Shown: positions 54,031-61,269 of the stretch, piece by piece
How positions within the stretch are numbered: the stretch's first letter is position 1
Layout: each line of letters opens with the position of its first letter
NCBI GenBank assembly: GCA_040878925.1
Contig: JBBDLI010000007.1
Coordinates: 23,410 to 87,409 of the forward strand
DNA: 64,000 nucleotides
Direction: 5' to 3'
DNA from: Steroidobacteraceae bacterium
GTDB taxonomy: Bacteria > Pseudomonadota > Gammaproteobacteria > Steroidobacterales > Steroidobacteraceae
Translations under genes and position numbers: made by a program
The notes under the pieces: generated by a model
Seen by the model: only the letters and a program-made list of their open reading frames with translations
Database searches by the model: none
Told to the model about the DNA's origin: nothing

Positions 54031-54402
54031 ATGCAGCACAGACAACGTGGCATGACAATGCTCGGCATCATCTTGATCGTCATCGTCGTGGGCGCGTGGG
54101 TGTACGCAGGCATACGGCTGACGCCGAAGTACCTCGAGTACATGCGGGTCGCGGCGACGCTCGAGAAGGTCCGCGATGAGTACTCGAACAACCCCGGCTC
54201 GACGGAATTCATGCTGCGCAAGGCGATCGAGCGTCACTTCGACATCGAGATGGTCGAAGTGATCACGTCGAACGATATCGAGATCGACAAGGATGGCGGC
54301 GTGTTCTCCGTTCGCGCCGCTTACGAGGACACCGTGCCGCTCGCCGGCAACGTGTCGTTCCTCGTCGAGTTCGACAAGACCGTGGAGGTCGCCGCGCGCT
54401 GA
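54031..54402 (+). CDS. DUF4845-like small membrane-anchored protein
   Basis: The 123-aa protein has one N-terminal TM segment (MLGIILIVIVVGAWVYAGI). It sits in the conserved slot between lepB and rnc seen in pseudomonads and xanthomonads. The family name is from memory. Confidence 0.7.
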   Translation: MQHRQRGMTMLGIILIVIVVGAWVYAGIRLTPKYLEYMRVAATLEKVRDEYSNNPGSTEFMLRKAIERHFDIEMVEVITSNDIEIDKDGGVFSVRAAYEDTVPLAGNVSFLVEFDKTVEVAAR

Positions 54403-54417
54403 GCGGCGCCCTGGGCC

Positions 54418-55104
54418 GTGAATCCGGCTGCCGGCTGGTTGCAGGAACGCCTGGGCTGCGGCGTCTCCGATCCGGCGCTGCTGGAACGCGCGCTGACGCA
54501 CAGGAGCCACGGGCCGGAGAACAACGAGCGGCTCGAATACCTGGGCGATGCGGTGCTGAACTTCGTCGTCGCCGAGATCCTGTTCCGGCGCTTTCCTGCC
54601 GCAAGCGAAGGCGAACTTTCGCGCTACCGCGCCAGTCTGGTTAGCGGAGATGCCCTCGGTACAGTCGCGACCGACTTGGGCCTCGGCGGGCAGCTCCGCC
54701 TCGGCGAAGGCGAAATGAAATCGGGCGGCCAGCGGCGCGTCACGATCCTCGCGGACGCTTTGGAGGCGCTGTTCGGCGCCATCTATCTCGATTGCGGACT
54801 CGACGGCGCGCGTGCCGCCGCGGAGCGCCTGTTCGGGGACGCGCTCGCCGCACTGCCGGCGGCTTCCGAGCTGAAGGACGCCAAAACGCGATTGCAGGAA
54901 TGGCTGCAGGGCCGCGGCTTGGCGCTGCCGGGGTACACCGTGCTCGAGGTGACCGGGGAACCGCACGATCAGCGGTTCCGTGTGCGCTGCGACGTCGACG
55001 ATCTCGGCATCACCGCAGTCGCCGACGGCAGCAGCCGGAGGCGCGCGGAGCAGGAAGCGGCGCAGCGGATCCTCGAGGATCCTGCGCTCCGCGGCGATCG
55101 GTGA
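54418..55104 (+). CDS. rnc: ribonuclease III
   Basis: GTG start. ALTHRSH...NERLEYLGDAVL... is followed by a C-terminal dsRBD. Confidence 0.94.
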   Translation: MNPAAGWLQERLGCGVSDPALLERALTHRSHGPENNERLEYLGDAVLNFVVAEILFRRFPAASEGELSRYRASLVSGDALGTVATDLGLGGQLRLGEGEMKSGGQRRVTILADALEALFGAIYLDCGLDGARAAAERLFGDALAALPAASELKDAKTRLQEWLQGRGLALPGYTVLEVTGEPHDQRFRVRCDVDDLGITAVADGSSRRRAEQEAAQRILEDPALRGDR

Positions 55105-56006
55105 GCGACACGGGCGCCTTCCGCTCGGGCACGGCGGTCCTCGCCGGGCGCCCGAACGTCGGCAAGTCCACGCTTTTGAATTCCCTCGTCGGCCGCAAGC
55201 TCAGCATCGTCACGCCGAAAGCCCAGACCACGCGTCATCGCATTCTGGGCATTGTGAATCGGCCAGGATTCCAGTTGGCCCTCGTGGACACGCCGGGCGC
55301 CATGGCGCCGGCCGGCAGTCGCCTGAGCCAGGTGATGAGCCGCGAAGCGCAGTCGGGGATCGCCGCGGCGGACGCTGCAATCCTCATCGTCGCGGCTACG
55401 CGCTGGACGACGGAAGACGAGTCGACGCTCAAGCGCCTGAAGTCCTCGGGCTTGCCCATCGTGCTCGCCGTCAACAAGATCGATCTCGTGCGACCGCGCG
55501 CGCGCCTCTTGCCGCTGCTCGAGCGGATCGCGGCCAAGCACGAGTTCGCGGCCGTCGTCCCGGTCTCCGCGGAGCGGCACGAGAATCTCGATCGGCTGCT
55601 CGATGCCGCGGCTGCATTGCTGCCCGAGGCGCCGGCCGCGTGGCCGGCCGGCCAGCTCACGGATCGCGGCGAAGCCTTTCAGGCCGCCGAAGTGCTCCGC
55701 GAACAGCTGATGCTGGTCCTCTCGGATGAGCTGCCCTACGGGATCGCAGTCGAGATCGAACGCTTCGAGCCGACGCCCGACGGCCGTGCGGAGATCGACG
55801 CCGTCATCTGGGTCGAACGCATCGGCCAGCGGAAGATCGTGATCGGCGCGAACGGCGAGCGCCTGAAGGCCGTGGGCATGGCGACACGGCTCGCGCTCAA
55901 CGAACTCTTCGGCCGCCGGGTTCACCTGACCACCTGGGTCAAAGTGCGCGAAGGATGGAGCGACGACGATCGGCTGCTGCGCCGGCTCGGCCACGACGCG
56001 CCATGA
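55101..56006 (+). CDS. era: GTPase Era
   Basis: The GTGA start overlaps the rnc stop. GRPNVGKSTLLN...DTPG...NKID are GTPase motifs, followed by a KH domain. Confidence 0.95.
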   Translation: MSDTGAFRSGTAVLAGRPNVGKSTLLNSLVGRKLSIVTPKAQTTRHRILGIVNRPGFQLALVDTPGAMAPAGSRLSQVMSREAQSGIAAADAAILIVAATRWTTEDESTLKRLKSSGLPIVLAVNKIDLVRPRARLLPLLERIAAKHEFAAVVPVSAERHENLDRLLDAAAALLPEAPAAWPAGQLTDRGEAFQAAEVLREQLMLVLSDELPYGIAVEIERFEPTPDGRAEIDAVIWVERIGQRKIVIGANGERLKAVGMATRLALNELFGRRVHLTTWVKVREGWSDDDRLLRRLGHDAP

Positions 56007-56728
56007 GCATGCCGCGGCGAAAGCTTCTCGAACCGGCCTTTCTCCTGCATCACCGCCCGTGGAGCGACACGAGCCGCATTCTCGACCTGATCACGCGGCG
56101 CCACGGCCGGATCACATTGTTCGCGCATGGGGCGCGCAGGCCGAAGTCGCCGCTTCGCGCGATCCTGCGGCCATTCGTGCCGCTGCTCGTTTCCTGGTCA
56201 GGCCGGGCGGACGGGGGCACGCTGACCGGCGCGGAATCCGCCGGCGCGACGTTCACGCTGCCGCCGCACCGCATCCTGTCGGGCTTTTACCTCAACGAGC
56301 TCCTCATTCGCCTGCTGCCGAAGGAGGATCGTCATGAGGCGCTTTACGACGCATACGCCGCGGCCGTCGGCGAGCTTGCCGGCGGCTCCGAGCAGGCCGC
56401 GCTTCGCGGGTTCGAAAGCGTGCTGCTCGACGAGCTCGGCTACGGGCCCGATCTCGCGCGCGACGCCGGCAGCGGCCGGCCGCTCGAGGCGGATCGGTAC
56501 TATCATTTCGAACCGGGCCGGGGCGTGCTTGCAGTGCGCGACGCGGACCCGGGCGCGTACCGCGGCAGCGACGTGCTCGCGGTTTCGCGCGGCGAGTTCG
56601 CGGAGGCGCCGGCGCTCAAGGCGGCGCGCGGGATCTTTGGCGCCGCGATCGCGCATTGCCTGGAAGGGCGGGGACTCGCGAGCCGCGAAGTGATGCTGGC
56701 CTTGCGCCGGCGGGGGCAGGAAGGATGA
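56003..56728 (+). CDS. recO: DNA repair protein RecO
   Basis: The ATGA start overlaps the era stop. [35 protein letters not shown] is a RecO-type N-terminus. Confidence 0.88.
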   Translation: MSMPRRKLLEPAFLLHHRPWSDTSRILDLITRRHGRITLFAHGARRPKSPLRAILRPFVPLLVSWSGRADGGTLTGAESAGATFTLPPHRILSGFYLNELLIRLLPKEDRHEALYDAYAAAVGELAGGSEQAALRGFESVLLDELGYGPDLARDAGSGRPLEADRYYHFEPGRGVLAVRDADPGAYRGSDVLAVSRGEFAEAPALKAARGIFGAAIAHCLEGRGLASREVMLALRRRGQEG

Positions 56729-57456
56729 GCGGGTCGTCGATCATGCTGGGCGTCAACATCGATCACGTGGCGACGCTGCGCCAGGCGCGCGGCGGGCGCT
56801 CGCCGGACCCGCTGCTCGCCGCGCTCGTCGCCGAACAATGGGGCGCCGACAGCATCACGCTGCATTTGCGCGAGGACCGCCGCCACATCCAGGATCGCGA
56901 CGTCGTCGCCCTGCGCGCGGCCTTGCAGACGCGGATGAATCTCGAGATGGCCGCCACGGAGGAGATGCTTTCGATCGCCCTGAAGCTGCAACCGCAGGAC
57001 GTCTGCCTCGTTCCGGAGCGACGCACCGAAGTCACGACCGAAGGCGGACTCGACGTCGCGGGCCAGCAGGCGGCGATCGCGGACGCCTGCCGCAGGCTTG
57101 CGGCCGGCGGGGTTCGCGTCTCGCTCTTCATCGACCCGGACGATGCGCAGGTGAACGCGGCGGCGCGCGTGGGCGCACCTGTCGTCGAGCTGCACACCGG
57201 CGCCTACGCCGAAGCCCAGGGCGCGGACCGCGGCCGCGAGCTCGCGCGGCTCGCTTCGGCGGCGAAACGCGCGACGGCCGCCGGACTCGTCGCGAATGCC
57301 GGTCACGGCCTCGACTATCACAACGTGCAACCGGTCGCGGCGCTCGCAGAACTCGCGGAGCTCAATATCGGGCACGCGATCGTCGCGCGCGCCGTCATGA
57401 GCGGCATGGGACCGGCCGTCGCTGAAATGAAGCGCCTGATGCTCGCCGCGCGCTAG
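56725..57456 (+). CDS. pdxJ: pyridoxine 5'-phosphate synthase
   Basis: The ATGA start overlaps the recO stop. [16 protein letters not shown]...[12 protein letters not shown]...ELHTG...NAGHGL are PdxJ motifs. Confidence 0.95.
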   Translation: MSGSSIMLGVNIDHVATLRQARGGRSPDPLLAALVAEQWGADSITLHLREDRRHIQDRDVVALRAALQTRMNLEMAATEEMLSIALKLQPQDVCLVPERRTEVTTEGGLDVAGQQAAIADACRRLAAGGVRVSLFIDPDDAQVNAAARVGAPVVELHTGAYAEAQGADRGRELARLASAAKRATAAGLVANAGHGLDYHNVQPVAALAELAELNIGHAIVARAVMSGMGPAVAEMKRLMLAAR

Positions 57457-57728
57457 GGAGCCTCTGATTCACCCGCGCATGGGCGCGACCGTGTGCGATA
57501 TTCGTCCCTGGCAAGGCGCGAGGAGCGAAGTGTATCGAGTGATACATGAGCGACGAGCAACGCAGCCAGGGACGAATATCGCCCGGTCCCTGTGGGTTAA
57601 GCGCGGGCCTTGGCGGGACTTCGTTGCTCGCCTCGTCCATAGTCCCTGCTATGGTGCTTCGGCTCGCGCCTTGTCTCGCCAAGGCGCGCGCGTAACGCGC
57701 TCCATGCGCGGGTGAATCAGAGGCTCCC
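57456..57728. repeat. 273-bp highly structured intergenic element bounded by inverted repeats (MITE-like or structured RNA; element E3)
   Basis: The perfect 27-bp terminal inverted repeats are GGGAGCCTCTGATTCACCCGCGCATGG (57456-57482) and 57702-57728. Nested inside are a 17-bp inverted repeat (57495-57511 with 57566-57582), an 11-bp repeat (57512-57522 with 57663-57673) and several 6-7-bp hairpins. The element spans exactly from the pdxJ stop to 1 nt before the acpS ATG. Confidence 0.6.
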
Positions 57729-57729
57729 A

Positions 57730-58113
57730 ATGATCTTCGGCATCGGCACCGACCTGGTGCGCATCGAGCGCATCGCCGCGACCTACGAGCGGTTCGGCGC
57801 GCATTTCGTCGAGCGGCTGCTGCTGCCCGAAGAGCGCGAGCTGTTCGACCCGGCCCGCCGGCCGGTGCGGTTTCTCGCCATGCGCTTCGCGGCCAAGGAG
57901 GCAATCGCCAAGGCGCTTGGGACGGGATTCCGGCACGGCGTCTGGATTCGCGACTTCGGCTTCCATGCGAATGACTGGGGACGTCCCGAAGTGCTCTTTT
58001 CTCCACGCGGCCGCGCGCTCGCCGATCGGCTCGGAGCGGGCGAGGGCCATGTCAGCTTGACCGATGAAGCCGGCCTCGTGATGGCGGTCGCCGTGCTGAT
58101 GCGAAAGTCATGA
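57730..58113 (+). CDS. acpS: holo-ACP synthase
   Basis: MIFGIGTDLVRIERI...FAAKEAIAKALGTG are AcpS motifs. The track start at 57712 lies inside the E3 repeat arm and is probably spurious. Confidence 0.9.
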   Translation: MIFGIGTDLVRIERIAATYERFGAHFVERLLLPEERELFDPARRPVRFLAMRFAAKEAIAKALGTGFRHGVWIRDFGFHANDWGRPEVLFSPRGRALADRLGAGEGHVSLTDEAGLVMAVAVLMRKS

Positions 58114-58895
58114 GCGCCGTGCAAAGCTGCCTCGTGTTCGACATCGAGACCGTGCCCGACGTCGAACTCGGGCGGCGGTTGCTCGGCCTCGAAGGCAGCG
58201 ACGACATGCAGGTCGCCGAGGCGATGCTCGCGCGGCGCGCCGAGGAGACGGGATCCTCCTTTCTGCCGCTCGAGCAGCACCGGGTCGTCGCGATTTCGAC
58301 ACTGCTCCGGAGCGGCGACCAGCTCCAGTGCTGGAGCGTCGGCGCGGTCGACAGTCCGGAGGACGACCTGTTGCGCCGCTTCTTCGGTGGCATCGACAAG
58401 CTTCGCCCGACACTCGTGTCCTGGAATGGCTCGGGATTCGACCTGCCGGTCCTGCATTACCGGATGCTGCGGCACGGCATCGCATCGGCGACCTACTGGG
58501 ACACGGGCGAGCTCGACCGCGATTTCCGCTGGAACAACTATCTCAATCGTTATCACGCGCGGCACGTCGACCTGATGGACGTCCTGTCCGCCTACCAGGC
58601 CCGCGGCAAGGCGAGCCTCGAGCATGTCTCGCTGCTGCTCGGGCTTCCCGGCAAGCTCGGCATGGGCGGCGAACAGGTCTTCGAATACTGGCGCGCGGGC
58701 AGAATCGCGGAGATCCGCGCCTATTGCGAAACGGATGTCCTGAATACCTTCCTGATCTGGCTTCGTTTCGAATTGATACGCGGAATGTTGACGTCGGCGG
58801 AATACGCGTCCGAGCTCGCGCGTGTCCGCGCCTGGCTCGGCGAGCGCGAGGAAACGCACTGGCGGCAATACGCCGCGGCCTGGGCCGGCGCTTGA
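58110..58895 (+). CDS. predicted 3'-5' exonuclease, PolB-exonuclease-like (DEDD)
   Basis: The ATGA start overlaps the acpS stop. LVFDIETVPD (Exo I)...SWNGSGFDLPVL (Exo II)...YCETDVLNT (Exo III). The family assignment (PF10108-like) is from memory. Confidence 0.75.
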   Translation: MSAVQSCLVFDIETVPDVELGRRLLGLEGSDDMQVAEAMLARRAEETGSSFLPLEQHRVVAISTLLRSGDQLQCWSVGAVDSPEDDLLRRFFGGIDKLRPTLVSWNGSGFDLPVLHYRMLRHGIASATYWDTGELDRDFRWNNYLNRYHARHVDLMDVLSAYQARGKASLEHVSLLLGLPGKLGMGGEQVFEYWRAGRIAEIRAYCETDVLNTFLIWLRFELIRGMLTSAEYASELARVRAWLGEREETHWRQYAAAWAGA

Positions 58896-60205
58896 AGCCG
58901 CCGGCCGGGATCGAAACTGCGGAAATCGAGTCGCTGGACCACGAGGGGCGGGGCGTCGCGCGCATCGGCGGCAAGACCGTGTTCGTCGATGGCGCGCTTC
59001 CCGGCGAGCTCGTGCGCATGCAGCGCATCCGGCGCCGGCGGCGACACGACGAAGCCGTCACCATCGAAGTGCTGCGGCCGGCCCCGGAGCGCGTGACACC
59101 GCGCTGTCCGCATTTCGGCACCTGCGGCGGCTGTGCGCTGCAGCACCTCGATCACGTGGCGCAGCTTGCGGCGAAAAGCCGCATCGTCGCCGAGGAACTT
59201 TCGCGAATCGGCGGCGTGCTCCCGGAACGCTGGTTGCCACCGCTCGCCGGTCCGATCTGGTCCTACCGCCGCCGCGCACGGCTCGGCTGCAAGTTCGTCG
59301 ATCGCAAGGGCAGGGTGCTCGTGGGATTTCGCGAGCGCGGAAGTCCGCTGATCGCCGACCTCCGGCAATGCGAGGTGCTTGCGGCACCGGTCGGGAAGCT
59401 GATCGCCGATCTCGCGGCCCTCATCGGCGGACTCGATCTTTGCCGCCGTGTCGCACAAATCGAAGTCGCCGTGGCGGAAAACGCGACCGCCCTCGTGCTG
59501 CGCATACTGGACGACCCGACCCCTGGCGATCTCGCGGCGCTCCGGGAATTCGAGTCGCGGCATGGCGTTGCGCTCTATCTGCAGCGGGGAGGGCTCGACA
59601 CCGTGCAGCCGCTTTCGCCGCCGGCTGTGCCGCTCCGCTACGACCTCCCCGAGCTCCCGTCGGGCATCGAGTTCGCGCCGACCGACTTCGTGCAGGTCAA
59701 CGGCGAACTGAACCGGCTCATGGTCGCGCAAGCGCTTCTGCTGCTCGAGCCGCGGGAGAGCGACCAGGCGCTCGATCTTTTCTGCGGACTCGGCAATTTC
59801 AGCCTGCCGCTGGCGCGTCGCGTCGCCGCCGTCACGGGCGTCGACGGCGACGCGGCCCTCGTCGCGCGCGCGCGGGCGAACGCGGCGCGAAACGGCATCC
59901 AGAACGCCCGTTTCCACCTGGCCGACCTCGCGGCGGAAGCGGAGCAGCAGCCGTGGGCGAAAGGCCGCTACGACCTCGTGCTGCTCGATCCCCCCCGCGC
60001 CGGCGCGCGCGAGATCCTGCCGATCGCCGTCGCGAGCCGGCCGCGGCGGATTGTCTACGTGTCCTGCCACGCCGGGACGCTGGCGCGCGACGCGGGCATA
60101 CTGGTTGAGAGTCTGGGCTACCGGTTCGCTGCCGCGGGCATCATGGACATGTTTCCGCACACCGCCCATGTCGAATCGATCGCCGTCTTCGAGCGCGCCG
60201 CATGA
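58892..60205 (+). CDS. rlmD: 23S rRNA (uracil1939-C5)-methyltransferase RlmD
   Basis: The TTG start overlaps the exonuclease TGA. The protein has a TRAM-like N-terminus, the Fe-S cysteines CPHFGTCGGCALQH and the SAM motifs LDLFCGLGNFSLPLA and DPPRAG. Confidence 0.88.
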   Translation: MKPPAGIETAEIESLDHEGRGVARIGGKTVFVDGALPGELVRMQRIRRRRRHDEAVTIEVLRPAPERVTPRCPHFGTCGGCALQHLDHVAQLAAKSRIVAEELSRIGGVLPERWLPPLAGPIWSYRRRARLGCKFVDRKGRVLVGFRERGSPLIADLRQCEVLAAPVGKLIADLAALIGGLDLCRRVAQIEVAVAENATALVLRILDDPTPGDLAALREFESRHGVALYLQRGGLDTVQPLSPPAVPLRYDLPELPSGIEFAPTDFVQVNGELNRLMVAQALLLLEPRESDQALDLFCGLGNFSLPLARRVAAVTGVDGDAALVARARANAARNGIQNARFHLADLAAEAEQQPWAKGRYDLVLLDPPRAGAREILPIAVASRPRRIVYVSCHAGTLARDAGILVESLGYRFAAAGIMDMFPHTAHVESIAVFERAA

Positions 60206-61254
60206 CGCTCGGCCCGGTCATGGTCGACCTCGTGGGCATCGCGCTCGAGCCGGACGAGCGGGAGCTGCTTGCGCATCCGCAGGTCGGCAGCGTGATCCTG
60301 TTCACGCGCAATTACGAGAGCCCGGACCAGCTTCGGCGGCTGACCGCCGAGATCCATGCGATCCGCTCCCCGGCGCTCCTCGTCGCAGTCGACCAGGAGG
60401 GCGGCCGCGTGCAGCGATTCCAGTCCGGCTTCACGCGCCTGCCCGCGATGCGCGAGCTCGGCCGGCGCTATGGCGCGAGCCGCGCCGATGGCCTCGCGCT
60501 TGCGCGCCAGCTCGGATGGCTGATGGCGGCGGAGCTTCGCGCCGTGGGCGTCGACATGTCCATCGCGCCCTGCGTCGACGTCGATTACGGCGTCAGCCGC
60601 GCCATCGGGGACCGCGCGCTCGCGGCCGACGTGTCGGCGGTCGCCGAGCTCGCCGTCGCCTACATGCTGGGCATGCGCGAGGCAGGCATGGCCGCGACGG
60701 CCAAGCATTTTCCGGGCCACGGCGCCGTCGCCGCCGACTCGCACGTGGCGCTCCCGGTCGATCGCCGCGAGTGGCCCGACATCGAGGCGGACTTCCAGCC
60801 GTACCGCCGTCTCATTTCCAACGGCCTGCCGGCCGTCATGGCGGCACACGTCGTCTTTTCCGCCGTCGATGACAAGCCGGCGAGCCTGTCGCGACGCTGG
60901 ATCGCCGGCGTGCTGCGCGGTGAGCTCGGATTCCAGGGCGCCATCTTTGCCGACGATCTGTCGATGGCGGGTGCCGCCGCGTTCGGCGACATCGGCGCCC
61001 GCGGCGCGCTCGCGCTCGCCGCCGGCTGCGACGTGCTGCCGGTCTGCAACGACCGAGCGGCGACGCTCCGGCTCCTCGACTCGCTGCGCGGGGCACCGGA
61101 CCCGGTCAGCCGCCTGCGGCTCGTCCGCCTGCACGGGCGCGAAATCGCGGAGCCGCAGCTTGCGTCGGACCCGCGCTGGCAGACGGCCGTCGCCGCGGCG
61201 CGGGAGCTGACAGAACGGCCCGCCTTGCAGCTCGAGCCTGAACGCCCCGCCTGA
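60202..61254 (+). CDS. nagZ: beta-N-acetylhexosaminidase NagZ
   Basis: The ATGA start overlaps the rlmD stop. GSVILFTRNY...VAVDQEGGRVQRF...KHFPGHG are GH3 NagZ motifs. Confidence 0.92.
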   Translation: MTLGPVMVDLVGIALEPDERELLAHPQVGSVILFTRNYESPDQLRRLTAEIHAIRSPALLVAVDQEGGRVQRFQSGFTRLPAMRELGRRYGASRADGLALARQLGWLMAAELRAVGVDMSIAPCVDVDYGVSRAIGDRALAADVSAVAELAVAYMLGMREAGMAATAKHFPGHGAVAADSHVALPVDRREWPDIEADFQPYRRLISNGLPAVMAAHVVFSAVDDKPASLSRRWIAGVLRGELGFQGAIFADDLSMAGAAAFGDIGARGALALAAGCDVLPVCNDRAATLRLLDSLRGAPDPVSRLRLVRLHGREIAEPQLASDPRWQTAVAAARELTERPALQLEPERPA

Positions 61255-61269
61255 GGCGGAGCCGGCGCA

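Noticed and set aside
57479-57715. A 78-aa ORF running through the E3 element, and the GTG 57712 start proposed for acpS.
   Set aside because: The ORF begins and ends inside the inverted-repeat arms. It is Arg-rich with no motif or ribosome-binding site and is explained by the palindromic structure. AcpS homology starts at MIFGIGTD (ATG 57730).
57456-57728. E3 considered as a retron msr/msd locus, as 6S RNA or as another known ncRNA.
   Set aside because: Retron ncRNAs are also flanked by inverted repeats, but no reverse transcriptase gene is adjacent; the neighbours are pdxJ, acpS and a DEDD exonuclease. The sequence and context do not resemble gammaproteobacterial 6S RNA, which sits upstream of the 5-formyl-THF cyclo-ligase gene. 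A 27-bp perfect closing duplex is also atypical of known housekeeping RNAs. A covariance-model search is still needed.
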